Origin: Lachnospiraceae bacterium
GTDB lineage: Bacteria > Bacillota > Clostridia > Lachnospirales > Lachnospiraceae
Assembly (NCBI GenBank): GCA_045628945.1
Contig: JAZQQG010000046.1
Span: forward strand, 9,877-73,876
Direction: 5' to 3'
DNA length: 64,000 nt
Shown: positions 37,280-46,703 of the stretch, piece by piece
Numbering within the stretch: the stretch's first letter is position 1
Layout of the letters: every line of letters begins with the position of its first letter
Translations under genes and position numbers: made by a program
The notes under the pieces: model-generated
Told to the model about the DNA's origin: nothing
Databases searched by the model: none
The model's input: only the letters and a program-made list of their open reading frames with translations

Positions 37280-37753
37280 TCAATGTCGAAACGTAACCTT
37301 ATGCAGCATCTTATAATATGCCGTTTTTCCCTCCGAGAAGAAGCCTGCGTTCCGATAGAAATCATGTGTCTTAGGGTCTGAGGAACCGGTAATCAGCATC
37401 ATCTTATAGCAGCCCGCATCACGGGCAACCTCTTCCGCATAAGCAAGGCACTGACCGGCATACCCTTGCCCGCGGTAAGCGGCATCCGTTACCACATTTT
37501 CGACTAAGGCATAAGGAGATACATTACGCGTCAGATTCGGAATCACAATGCAGGTACAGGAGGATACCAATCTGCCATCCACCTCAGCAACGATTAAATG
37601 ATAATCCGGGTCAGAGCAGATTCTCTCCCAGATGCCCACAAGGTGGTCGTCCTGTTCCGGCACAGAGGTCTCGTGCAGATGCAGATAGAGGACCAAAAGA
37701 TTATCCAGATCATCCTTTTTTACTTCGCGAATCGTAAGCATTGTCTCCTCCAA
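37280..37753 (-). CDS. GNAT-family N-acetyltransferase
   Basis: 157 aa. The acetyl-CoA-binding motif A region is YRGQGYAGQCLAYAEEVA. Confidence 0.85.
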   Translation of the reverse strand: MEETMLTIREVKKDDLDNLLVLYLHLHETSVPEQDDHLVGIWERICSDPDYHLIVAEVDGRLVSSCTCIVIPNLTRNVSPYALVENVVTDAAYRGQGYAGQCLAYAEEVARDAGCYKMMLITGSSDPKTHDFYRNAGFFSEGKTAYYKMLHKVTFRH

Positions 37754-37804
37754 TACTTTGGGCTGTTCAGAACTACCTCCGTATAACGAAAGTGTCGATT
37801 TAGA

Positions 37805-38374
37805 TCAGACCTCTATCAGTTCCCTCGCCATTTCAAGATACTCCCGCTCAACCTCCTCAAAGGGTCTTACCGCATACGACAGTTCGATATGAATCTCGGG
37901 CTGTTTGTCGGAGATTACTTCATTCAATAAATTCTTCATATCATACCAGAGCATGGCATTGTCAATCTCCTTCACCGTAGCGCATTCCTCGGGGGATAGA
38001 GCGGACCCCAGAAATTTCTCATAGATGACGTTTAATAACCGCTCTTCTGCCTCGATATAATTCGGAAGTTCCTTCTTGAAGGGACGGGGCACGTCGGACA
38101 TATAGCACTCGCTGGCATCATGTAGTAGACAGGCAAGCACCAAACGATTCGAGAGTCCGCGAGCCTTCGCCTCTCTGGCACAGTTTATGCAATGCTGCCC
38201 TACAGAAAAGAAGCTTTTCACATGGCCGTTTCCGCGGGTAATGAGCGACAGCGCATGGGCGATATCCTCGATATGAAGTGCCTCCGAATCCGGAGAGAGC
38301 GGATAGAACCACACCCCGGTATAGGTGGTGATATGCTCGCCGATATGTGATTTATTCTCGTGAGAAGAGTTCAT
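37805..38374 (-). CDS. HD-domain phosphohydrolase (YfbR-like nucleotidase fold)
   Basis: The metal ligands are H...HD: an ALSLITRGNGH-type His region, then LLHDASECYMSDVP. Confidence 0.75.
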   Translation of the reverse strand: MNSSHENKSHIGEHITTYTGVWFYPLSPDSEALHIEDIAHALSLITRGNGHVKSFFSVGQHCINCAREAKARGLSNRLVLACLLHDASECYMSDVPRPFKKELPNYIEAEERLLNVIYEKFLGSALSPEECATVKEIDNAMLWYDMKNLLNEVISDKQPEIHIELSYAVRPFEEVEREYLEMARELIEV

Positions 38375-38422
38375 TCCTTACTCCTGTTATCTCTATGTAC
38401 TAACAGATCTGCCGCCTTGAGC

Positions 38423-39835
38423 TTATTCTGTCGCCTTGTCCTGCTTCGTACCCACCAGATTCTGCACCCAAACACCACTACGCACCATGAAGTAGCCAAT
38501 GACTGCCTTCACAATCTCGGAATAGACCACAATGGCGAAGAGCAGATGGATGTCCATCTTCGTGAAACGACTGAGCACAAAGGCCAACGGAATCTGCAAA
38601 AGCCAGCTAAATCCGAAATCAAACAGGAAGGTGATTCCGGTCTTGCCGCCGCTTCGCAGAGTAAAATAGCAGGAATTCGTGTAGGACCAAATGGGCATCG
38701 CAATCGCCTGAATCATAATAAAGTAGGTTGCAAGGTCACGCACCTGCTGTTCGGTATTGTAGAGAAGCGGGAAAACCTTGGCCACGGGAAGTGCCGCGAT
38801 TCCCACTACGGTTGACAGCATAACGCCAAAAAATAACAGTTTGTTATCATACTCCTTGGCTTCCTCAAGCTTCCCGGCGCCGAGCTTCGCCCCGACAATA
38901 ATCGAAATACAGCCACCCATCTGAATGAAAAATACATTAATCAGATTCACAATCGTGCCGGCAATATTTCGTCCGGCCACCACATCCAAACCTCGTACCG
39001 AATAGCACTGTGCAATTGCAGATACGCCTACGGACCAGAGGAACTCGTTGGCCAAAAGCGGAATACTCTTCCAGGTTACTTTTTTTGCAAGCGCACCGGG
39101 AATTCGGAAGCCACGGAACAGACCGACACCGTACGGCGCTTTCTTGTGTCTTGTATGAACCCACACAATCACAACGCCCGCCTCGATGTATTTTGCGATT
39201 ACGGTTGCAATGGCTGCACCCCGGACCCCTAATTCCGGCAAACCGAAATTACCGAAAATTAAGCCGTAGTCTAATATCAGGTTAATGCCGACAGCCGCCA
39301 TGGAACCGATCATAGGGATTTTCGTTTCCCCGCTTTCACGGGTTGCACTGGCATAAGCCTGACCCAACGCAAAAGGCAGGAGGCTGAAGAGCATGATGCG
39401 CATGTACTCTTTTCCATAGGAGAGGGTCGCCGCAATCTGCTCCGGGGAATCGTCCTTGCTTAAATAGAGGGAGATTAACGGATCCATGCAGAAATACAGC
39501 ACAAGTCCCGCAATCAGCGTCACCGATAGTGCCAAAAGAATACGATAGCGAAGGGTATATTTCTGTCCCTCGTAATCCCCTTTGCCATAGAACTGTGCTC
39601 CGAAGATACTCGGACCGGATACCCCGCCGAAAATCGTGATATTAAAAATAAACATATACTGGTTCACGATGGACACACCGCTCATCTGCTCGGTACCGAT
39701 TGCGCCCACCATGATATTGTCTAACATACTGACGAAGTTCGTAATCAGGTTCTGCAGAATCATGGGAACCACAATTCCGAGAACATAGAGATAGAACCTC
39801 TTGTCACCTAAATATTTTTCTCTGAACTTTCTCAT
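38423..39835 (-). CDS. MATE-family efflux transporter
   Basis: 470 aa with 12 TMs. The N-terminus ILQNLITNFVSMLDNIMVG is typical of MATE/NorM-type proteins. Confidence 0.9.
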   Translation of the reverse strand: MRKFREKYLGDKRFYLYVLGIVVPMILQNLITNFVSMLDNIMVGAIGTEQMSGVSIVNQYMFIFNITIFGGVSGPSIFGAQFYGKGDYEGQKYTLRYRILLALSVTLIAGLVLYFCMDPLISLYLSKDDSPEQIAATLSYGKEYMRIMLFSLLPFALGQAYASATRESGETKIPMIGSMAAVGINLILDYGLIFGNFGLPELGVRGAAIATVIAKYIEAGVVIVWVHTRHKKAPYGVGLFRGFRIPGALAKKVTWKSIPLLANEFLWSVGVSAIAQCYSVRGLDVVAGRNIAGTIVNLINVFFIQMGGCISIIVGAKLGAGKLEEAKEYDNKLLFFGVMLSTVVGIAALPVAKVFPLLYNTEQQVRDLATYFIMIQAIAMPIWSYTNSCYFTLRSGGKTGITFLFDFGFSWLLQIPLAFVLSRFTKMDIHLLFAIVVYSEIVKAVIGYFMVRSGVWVQNLVGTKQDKATE

Positions 39836-39902
39836 TTCTCTTTACCATATACTCACTCTGAAAAGAGGCGGGGAACCCGTCCCGCTTCCTCATCACAGGT
39901 AG

Positions 39903-39929
39903 AAAAAGCGGACAGAAGAATCTGCCCGC
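39903..39929 (-). terminator. Intrinsic terminator of the amino-acid ABC operon
   Basis: Minus-strand RNA is GCGGGCAGA-UUCUU-CUGUCCGC followed by UUUUUC. It begins 8 nt after the ATPase stop. Confidence 0.7.
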
Positions 39930-39936
39930 CACGAAC

Positions 39937-40659
39937 TTATAATACTGCATTCAGGAACTGCTTGGTACGCTCGTTCTCCGGGTTCGTAAAGATTTTCTCC
40001 GGAGTGCCCTGCTCTGTAATCTGTCCATCGGACATAAACAGAACTCGATCGGCCACCTCACGGGCAAAGCCCATCTCGTGGGTTACCACAACCATGGTCA
40101 TTCCTTCCCGGGCCAATTCCTTCATAACCTCCAAAACCTCGCCAACCATCTCCGGGTCCAGCGCACTGGTAGGCTCATCGAAGAGCATTACCTTCGGCTT
40201 CAGTGCCAGGCTTCGTACAATGGCAATTCGCTGCTTCTGTCCACCGGACAGAGAGGCGGGATATGCGTTTGCCTTTTCCGTTAGATTTACAAGCTTCAAT
40301 AATCGCATTGCGGTTGCTTCGGCTTCTTCTTTGTCCATAAGCTTCAGCTTTAACGGCGCCATAGTAATATTTTCCATAATGGTCAGATGAGGGAAAAGAT
40401 TAAAATGCTGGAATACCATTCCCATCTGTCGGCGAACCGCATTGATATCCGTGGACTTATCTAGGATATTCGTTCCCTCAAAATAGATCTCGCCCTTCTG
40501 GGGACGCTCCAAGAGGTTCAGACAGCGAAGAAAGGTCGACTTACCGGAACCGGAAGGCCCGATGACTACAACCTTCTCTCCCTCCGCGATATGCTCACTG
40601 ACGTCGTTTAAGACAAGATGATCGCCAAAACTCTTATACAAATGCTCTACTCTAATCAC
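39937..40659 (-). CDS. Polar amino-acid ABC transporter ATP-binding protein (GlnQ-like)
   Basis: Walker A is GPSGSGKST, the signature is LSGGQKQR and Walker B is [11 protein letters not shown]. 240 aa. Confidence 0.95.
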   Translation of the reverse strand: MIRVEHLYKSFGDHLVLNDVSEHIAEGEKVVVIGPSGSGKSTFLRCLNLLERPQKGEIYFEGTNILDKSTDINAVRRQMGMVFQHFNLFPHLTIMENITMAPLKLKLMDKEEAEATAMRLLKLVNLTEKANAYPASLSGGQKQRIAIVRSLALKPKVMLFDEPTSALDPEMVGEVLEVMKELAREGMTMVVVTHEMGFAREVADRVLFMSDGQITEQGTPEKIFTNPENERTKQFLNAVL

Positions 40660-41365
40660 TCTGACGCATCCTCCTCTCTAATCTGCTCAACAACGCCGTA
40701 AAGGACATTACAATAATCAGGTACACAAGTGCTACACACAATAACGGCAACAACGCTTCATAGGTATTCCCACGAATGATATCGCCACCGCGGGTCAGCT
40801 CGTTCAGGCCGATGTAACCGCAGACGGAAGTCTCCTTTAAAAGAGCAATGACCTCGTTTACCATAGCCGGCAGCGAATTCTTGATTGCCTGAGGCAGGAT
40901 TACCTTCGTCATGGTCGTGTAATAGTTAAGACCCAGGCTTCGGCCGGCCTCCATCTGGCCCTTGTCCACGGACATGATACCGCCACGGAAAATCTCCGCA
41001 ACGTATGCACCGGAGTTAATACCGAAGGTCAGAATTGCAACCGTAATCTTGTCCGTCACCGTAACAAGCACAACGAAATACATAATCAGCAACTGTACCA
41101 TAACCGGCGTACCACGGATGATTGTCAGATACACCTTGCAGAGCGCATTGCCGATTTTCAGGAACACTCCGCCGATCCCGCGGACCTTCTCCTCTTTTAG
41201 CTGGTCGTAGGTCGTACGGATTACAGCCACCAGGATACCGATCAGAAGACCGATTGCCAATGCGCCTGCCGTAACGATTAACGTATTCACAAGACCCTTG
41301 GTAATGAACTGCCAGCGATCCTTCTCTATGAAGACGAAATGCAGTTTGTCCATAAATTCACTCAT
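40652..41365 (-). CDS. Polar amino-acid ABC transporter permease (HisM/GlnP-like)
   Basis: It has a GTPVMVQLL-type motif and the EAA-loop equivalent [23 protein letters not shown]. Confidence 0.9.
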   Translation of the reverse strand: MSEFMDKLHFVFIEKDRWQFITKGLVNTLIVTAGALAIGLLIGILVAVIRTTYDQLKEEKVRGIGGVFLKIGNALCKVYLTIIRGTPVMVQLLIMYFVVLVTVTDKITVAILTFGINSGAYVAEIFRGGIMSVDKGQMEAGRSLGLNYYTTMTKVILPQAIKNSLPAMVNEVIALLKETSVCGYIGLNELTRGGDIIRGNTYEALLPLLCVALVYLIIVMSFTALLSRLERRMRQSD

Positions 41366-41382
41366 TTTTTAACCCCTTGCAT

Positions 41383-41425
41383 AAAAAAAGAAAAACGCCG
41401 CTTCCCGCGAATCGAAGAAGCGGCG
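41383..41425 (-). terminator. Intra-operon intrinsic terminator between the binding-protein and permease genes
   Basis: Minus-strand RNA is CGCCGCUUC-UUCGAUUCGCGG-GAAGCGGCG followed by UUUUUCUUUUUUU. Confidence 0.65.
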
Positions 41426-41509
41426 CTACTATATTTCATTCTATCTTGCGCGCCATTTCATGTCAAGAAATACTCTCCCGAATGTGCGCAGAACCGTACC
41501 TTTTGCCGA

Positions 41510-42262
41510 TTATTCAGCAGAAATGTACTTGTCGATAATCGCCTGAACGGTACCGTCCTTAATGAGCTCGTCCAGAGCTGCATTGAACTCGTCCAGAAGT
41601 GCCTTGTTGTCCTTACGGATACAAGCTGCGTAATCCTCGGTAACGTACTCGGTATCAAGAATTCTTAAGCCCTCGGTAGCTGCAACGAATGCCTTAGCAG
41701 GCTCGTTGTCGATGATGACTGCATCTACCTTACCCTGAAGCAGAGCCATAACGGCATCATTACCCTTATTGTACTCTTCTACATGATCGGTACCGTAATC
41801 ATCACAAGCGTAGATGTCACCGGTCGTTGCTAACTGAACACCGATTACAACATAGGAAAGATCATCGATGGACTCAATCTCAGACTCCTCGCGAACGATA
41901 ACAACCTGAACACCGGTAGCATAAGAGGTGGAGAAGTTGATGCTCTTCAGACGATCCTCGGTAACGGTCATACCGGCCATACCCAGGTCAGCCTTACCGG
42001 AAGAAACAGCGGTGATGATGGAATCGAATTCCATATCCTGAACCTCAAGCTTAAGACCCATCTTCTCAGCAACTGCTCTACAGATCTCAACGTCGATACC
42101 AACAACCTCACTACCATCGTAATACTCATAGGGAGGGAAATAAGCATTGGTCGCCATGGTGAGAACACCCTTCTTAACCAATTTGCTCTTCTTACCGCAA
42201 CCTGCCAGTAACATGCAAGCTGCCATTACAAAAACCAACAGAATCGAAATGCGCTTTTTCAT
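41510..42262 (-). CDS. Polar amino-acid ABC substrate-binding lipoprotein
   Basis: Lipobox LLAGCGKK, with a type 3 SBP fold (PPYEYYDG...GIDVEI...). The start at 42262 follows an AAGGAG RBS; the track start is 42280. Confidence 0.9.
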   Translation of the reverse strand: MKKRISILLVFVMAACMLLAGCGKKSKLVKKGVLTMATNAYFPPYEYYDGSEVVGIDVEICRAVAEKMGLKLEVQDMEFDSIITAVSSGKADLGMAGMTVTEDRLKSINFSTSYATGVQVVIVREESEIESIDDLSYVVIGVQLATTGDIYACDDYGTDHVEEYNKGNDAVMALLQGKVDAVIIDNEPAKAFVAATEGLRILDTEYVTEDYAACIRKDNKALLDEFNAALDELIKDGTVQAIIDKYISAE

Positions 42263-42346
42263 AATATTCTCCTTTTCCATTTGTGATAAATGAATAAATT
42301 TATATCCTCAAAAATAGCACTTTTTCCAAACGGTGTCAACTATTGC

Positions 42347-42376
42347 TTGCATTTGTGATAGATTTCATGCTATACT
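42347..42376 (+). promoter_or_regulatory. Promoter of the preQ1 riboswitch-queT unit
   Basis: TTGCAT (42347-42352), an 18-nt spacer, then the extended -10 TGcTATACT (42368-42376). Confidence 0.55.
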
Positions 42377-42395
42377 CCGCAGTGCACACCTCGTG

Positions 42396-42440
42396 CTGTG
42401 AGTTCGTAACCATCCTCACAAAAAACAAAACTAAGGAGAA
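42396..42440 (+). promoter_or_regulatory. preQ1-I riboswitch (translational, sequestering the SD)
   Basis: The RNA reads CUGUGAG-UUCGUAACCAUC-CUCACA-AAAAACAAAACUAAGGAG. P1 is GUGAG/CUCAC and the loop contains GUAAC. The A-rich tail ends in CUAAGG, which overlaps the Shine-Dalgarno 8 nt before the queT ATG. This closely parallels the Bacillus and Thermoanaerobacter preQ1-I sequences. Confidence 0.85.
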
Positions 42441-42447
42441 CTTCATT

Positions 42448-42975
42448 ATGAAAAACAATTCCCGCAGCAAGGTACTCTTCCTTGCACAAGCAGGTGTGAT
42501 TGCCGCGCTCTACGTGGTGCTCACCTACTTCATCAACGCATTCAATCTGGCCAGCGGTGCCATTCAGGTGCGTATCTCTGAGATGCTCTGCATTCTCCCC
42601 TTTTTCACTCCCGCTGCAGTACCCGGACTTACCATTGGTTGTCTCATCTCAAACCTGATTACAGGTGGACTCATCTGGGATGTTATTTTCGGCACCATGG
42701 CGACCTTACTCGGTGCAGTCGGAAGCTACCTCTTACGTAAGCACAAGTTCCTGGTAACCCTCCCCCCGGTAATCGCCAATGCAATCATCGTGCCTTTTAT
42801 CCTGTTCTACGGCTATGGATTCCAGTCTGCATGGATTATCAAGGGCGTGGATCTGTCCATCCCCTTCTATGTTGCAACCGTCGGGGCCGGTGAGATTATC
42901 TCCGTGTGCATCCTGGGAAGTATTCTTTTACAGGCATTGTTGCCCTTCCGTAAGCAGATCTTTGGGCAGGAGTAA
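42448..42975 (+). CDS. queT: QueT-family queuosine-precursor transporter (ECF S-component-like)
   Basis: 175 aa with 5-6 TMs. It lies directly behind a preQ1-I riboswitch. The track ORF starts upstream at a TTG at 42343. Confidence 0.8.
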   Translation: MKNNSRSKVLFLAQAGVIAALYVVLTYFINAFNLASGAIQVRISEMLCILPFFTPAAVPGLTIGCLISNLITGGLIWDVIFGTMATLLGAVGSYLLRKHKFLVTLPPVIANAIIVPFILFYGYGFQSAWIIKGVDLSIPFYVATVGAGEIISVCILGSILLQALLPFRKQIFGQE

Positions 42976-43017
42976 GACAAGTAAGTCGTCAAAGGATACC
43001 TTTTAAGAATCAACAAC

Positions 43018-43070
43018 AAAAAGTCTGAGGAATTTGCCTATCTGCAAGGCATTTCCCTCAGACTTTTTTA
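43018..43070. terminator. Bidirectional intrinsic terminator
   Basis: AGTCTGAGG...CCTCAGACT with an inner TGCCT/AGGCA helix. It is flanked by AAAA on the left and TTTTTTATT on the right, between the convergent stops at 42975 (+) and 43091 (-). Confidence 0.75.
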
Positions 43071-43090
43071 TTATCGTTTTATCGCAACTT

Positions 43091-45628
43091 CTATCGAGAC
43101 TCGTTGATGTAGGTAAAGGCACGGCTCTGAATAATTGCCGCAACATCCTTGGCATTCTTCTGTCCGCCAAAGAAGGCCGCTGCCTCCTCCTTGATGATGT
43201 TAATCAGATCCGTATCCGTATGGTCGATACTGGTAACGCTAATTACGTAGTTGTACAGCTCCTCATACTCCGCATCGGTTAACTGCGAGATAACAATCTC
43301 CTCTCCGCCGATGTAATAGGTATCATCCATGTAGTTCACCGTTCCGTCGTCATCGATCCAGTAGTATTTTTCCTGAGACTTGTCTTTTACAATGCTCCAG
43401 GAACTCTTCAGTACCGGGAAGCTTCCCATTCCTTCCGCAATGGCATCCTGGTAGTCCTTTGTGAAGAAATGACGAATGAACTGCCATGCTCCATCCTTAT
43501 TCTTGGACTGATTCGTGATGGCAAAGGAACCGTTCTCACGGCAGAGAATTGCGCCGTTGGTATCCTTGCTCGGGAAACCTACGAAGCTTACATCCTCACC
43601 GAATTCACCCTGTCTGGTGGAATTGATGTAACGGAAGTTGTAGAGATAAATCGTACGCAGAAGCGCCTTGTTATTACGGTATGCAAGCTCTCTCTCATTC
43701 CAGTAAGCTTCCCAATCCGTATCCTCATCCCATTCCCAGACAACCTCATCCGGGAAACGATTAATTAACTCCAGTAACTCAATGAACTCAGCGGAATCAA
43801 ACTTACACTCACCGCTGGCGTAGTTCACAAACTGTCCGCCGGCCAGATCCATCGCAAGATCCAGAATGTCTTCCTTGGAGGAATCCATCAGCATTACTGC
43901 GTCCGGATACTCTTTTAACAACTGATTCATCTTGGCAACGCTCCAGTCGGAACCGTCACCGACTACGCTGGTCTTACCGATCATGGTACGAACCGTAAAG
44001 GAATCCGTTAACTCATAGAGTTTTCCCTTAATGGTATAAGCCTCCAGGATATTGGGCACAAACGCATCGCGACTAAGCACGGAATCGTTATCAAGGAAGC
44101 TGTACAGATCGGCCAGCAGTCCTTTATTGGCGTAGATGGAAGAATTCATCTGATCACTGAAAAGAATAATATCAGGAATCTTACCGCTAATCAGATCATT
44201 GTGGAACTGTACGGTACCGGAGGTATAGTCATCATTGGAATAGCTGTCATACTGACCGTAATCGGTAAGGGAGATACGATAGGTTCCGTTGGTCTTATTG
44301 AACTCGGTTACGTAATTACGCAACTGGTTATTGGGATAGTAGCATGCAAGATTTAAAATAATCGCATCCTTAACATCCTCGGGATTCACCTTGGTTGCAA
44401 TCACGTAATGATCCCCATAGGTAGTGTAATCATAGTAACAGATTAAGAATTCCTTATCGGAAATTTCAACAAGATAATTCGGAGAGTTAAATGCCGCATC
44501 GGAATCCACGAAATTCATTAACTCCTTCATCTCTCCCGTGTCAAAAGAGAATCCGAAGATGGACATACTATCGACTAAGTACAGATCATAGCTGGTACCG
44601 GGATAAATGGTATAACGATAGGTACTGCCAAAAGGAGTACTCTTTTTCTCGGATAACTGTTTTGCCGCAATATCATAGATATAATACTCCTGCGCGACAT
44701 CCCCCCACTTGCTTAAGCAGAGACGATTCTTCGACATACGATAGAGGTTTCCGTAGTCTGTGCAATCCTTTTCCTCCGCAACGATATTCAGATTCGAATC
44801 AAAAATGTAGAGGCCGTCCATAAGAGCGGCACATCCACCGTCCTCTAAAGCAACCATACCGGCAAGGTAACTGTACTCATCCGGCTTAACGTCGAAGGTA
44901 AACTCTTTAATCAGCTCACCCTGCGCAGAGAAGGCACGAAGATAAGGCGTACTGGAAAACGAATAATTCCCCTCATCATCCCAGGTACTGCTCTCCAACA
45001 TACTTGCCACATAGACCTGACCATTCGCGTCCACATCAAAGTTTCTGGTATACTCGTTCGATTCAACCACAAAAGAGAAGCTCTCGCCGGCAGAACCGTC
45101 CAGATTCGTCCAGGCAATCGTTACGCGCGTCTCATAGGTCCACTCACCTTCATCGTAATAGTCGTCACCATAATCGCCTTCATCGGGAACTCCGTAGCCG
45201 GGATCAATCACAACCGGAGGTTCCATTACGTAATCGTCCGTAATGTCCACCATCTCCAGATCGTCCGTCTCCACAGGGGTCGGCATGGGCACCGGAGAGG
45301 TTACGACCTTGTTTCCGTAGACTACCGACTCTGTCGGAACCTTACAGAAACCGTAGCCTTCGACCAGCTCACCGTTGTGATAGGTCAAATACTCCGTGTT
45401 CATCGCATACATGCGGTTGTTGGCCACAATCATTCTGGAGGGACTGCCTTTGCCGTCATTCTCCATAGGAATATCCTTCAAAGAATAGACCACATCCTTG
45501 TTACGCTTCGAAGAATAAGATACCGCTCCGTCCTTTTTCTTTTTGCCCTGTCCACAGCCGGTCAGCATTCCGACCGCCATGACTAAGGTTAATGCGGTAG
45601 CAATTCCTCTTTTCATGCTACTCTTCAT
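43091..45628 (-). CDS. Giant extracellular solute-binding lipoprotein (N-terminal ~400-aa beta-rich module plus a family-1-like SBP domain)
   Basis: Lipobox LTGCGQG. An acidic D/E/Y-rich segment spans about aa 112-163. The C-terminal half ends EEAAAFFGGQKNAKDVAAIIQSRAFTYINE, as sugar SBPs do. It is a paralogue of 50309..52534. Confidence 0.7.
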   Translation of the reverse strand: MKSSMKRGIATALTLVMAVGMLTGCGQGKKKKDGAVSYSSKRNKDVVYSLKDIPMENDGKGSPSRMIVANNRMYAMNTEYLTYHNGELVEGYGFCKVPTESVVYGNKVVTSPVPMPTPVETDDLEMVDITDDYVMEPPVVIDPGYGVPDEGDYGDDYYDEGEWTYETRVTIAWTNLDGSAGESFSFVVESNEYTRNFDVDANGQVYVASMLESSTWDDEGNYSFSSTPYLRAFSAQGELIKEFTFDVKPDEYSYLAGMVALEDGGCAALMDGLYIFDSNLNIVAEEKDCTDYGNLYRMSKNRLCLSKWGDVAQEYYIYDIAAKQLSEKKSTPFGSTYRYTIYPGTSYDLYLVDSMSIFGFSFDTGEMKELMNFVDSDAAFNSPNYLVEISDKEFLICYYDYTTYGDHYVIATKVNPEDVKDAIILNLACYYPNNQLRNYVTEFNKTNGTYRISLTDYGQYDSYSNDDYTSGTVQFHNDLISGKIPDIILFSDQMNSSIYANKGLLADLYSFLDNDSVLSRDAFVPNILEAYTIKGKLYELTDSFTVRTMIGKTSVVGDGSDWSVAKMNQLLKEYPDAVMLMDSSKEDILDLAMDLAGGQFVNYASGECKFDSAEFIELLELINRFPDEVVWEWDEDTDWEAYWNERELAYRNNKALLRTIYLYNFRYINSTRQGEFGEDVSFVGFPSKDTNGAILCRENGSFAITNQSKNKDGAWQFIRHFFTKDYQDAIAEGMGSFPVLKSSWSIVKDKSQEKYYWIDDDGTVNYMDDTYYIGGEEIVISQLTDAEYEELYNYVISVTSIDHTDTDLINIIKEEAAAFFGGQKNAKDVAAIIQSRAFTYINESR

Positions 45629-46700
45629 TTTCTATTTCCTCCTCTTTTTTCGAGTGCTTGATTTTATGCAATAATGCCGATCCCCACTGACCGATACGAT
45701 CACGAAGGCGCTCTAAGAGCCGTCGGACATCTTCCTTATGCCAGGTTCGATTTCGATAGAGGGCCACAAGGAACCCGATCACAATCACCAAAACCACCAA
45801 CAGACAAAACAGTCTGCTTACCGTAAGCGTCGCCATCGAATCTTCATGCGCTCTCGCTACGTTTTCCCAATAAGGATAGCATACCGGTTCCGTGACCATG
45901 GAGCGCGTTGACCGATTGAAGAACAGCTTTACCATCGGGAAAAGACCATATCGCCCGGTGTTCTGAACGATGGTTGTCTGCCCGAGAACCTTCTTTAACT
46001 GGTTCACCGCGAAATTCTTCACCGGGTTCGGCATGCAGATCTCGTAGGTGGAATACCCGTCAAAGCTACCGTATTTCTGAAGTGCGGACGCCGGCAGAAT
46101 CACCGTCGGGTTCTCGAAGCCTGCAGCGCGTTCCAGCTTGCCGGAGGGACGTTTGATGACGCCCTTGATGATAAAAGGAACCCCACCGATCTCCACGGTC
46201 ATTCCGGCGACTTTTTTTGCGCCGAACAGCTTCCAGGCAACCTCTTCATCGACAACCAGATAATCATCCATCATATCGGAGGGACTAAAGTACGTTCCGT
46301 CCACAAACGAATATTCGTGGAAAAAGAAGAAATCCCCCTTCACGCCGTAAGCCTGAAAACTTCCGTAGGAATGATCATGACGAATGCCCACATTCCCGAT
46401 TCCGCTGTAGCAATCAAGAAAGAGCTTCGCGTTCTCTTTTGCCGGTGCAATCGCCTCCTGCGTCAGGGAATCAATCAGACCGTAATGCGCCGCCAGAATC
46501 GTGTTGTCATCCGCATTCTCTCCATAATGGAAAAAGCAGGAAACCTGCGCATATCCGCCCTTGTTGCTCCATTTCTTCACAACGGACTGATCCCGATAGG
46601 ATGCTATATTCAATTCACTGATCAGGGTGAGCACAAGGTACAGAACCGCGAAAACTATCGCCGTAATCAGTACCGGCCACCGGATTTTCTTTTTTCTCAT
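45618..46700 (-). CDS. Bitopic membrane protein resembling TM1, the periplasmic core domain and TM2 of MacB/FtsX-type permeases (truncated; no full FtsX domain)
   Basis: The N-terminal TM is WPVLITAIVFAVLYLVLTLI. A ~260-aa extracytoplasmic domain follows (VVDEEVAWKLFGAKKVAGMTVEIGGVPFIIKGVIKRP is MacB_PCD-like). There is one C-terminal TM and then a basic/acidic tail. Confidence 0.5.
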   Translation of the reverse strand: MRKKKIRWPVLITAIVFAVLYLVLTLISELNIASYRDQSVVKKWSNKGGYAQVSCFFHYGENADDNTILAAHYGLIDSLTQEAIAPAKENAKLFLDCYSGIGNVGIRHDHSYGSFQAYGVKGDFFFFHEYSFVDGTYFSPSDMMDDYLVVDEEVAWKLFGAKKVAGMTVEIGGVPFIIKGVIKRPSGKLERAAGFENPTVILPASALQKYGSFDGYSTYEICMPNPVKNFAVNQLKKVLGQTTIVQNTGRYGLFPMVKLFFNRSTRSMVTEPVCYPYWENVARAHEDSMATLTVSRLFCLLVVLVIVIGFLVALYRNRTWHKEDVRRLLERLRDRIGQWGSALLHKIKHSKKEEEIENEE

Positions 46701-46703
46701 GAA

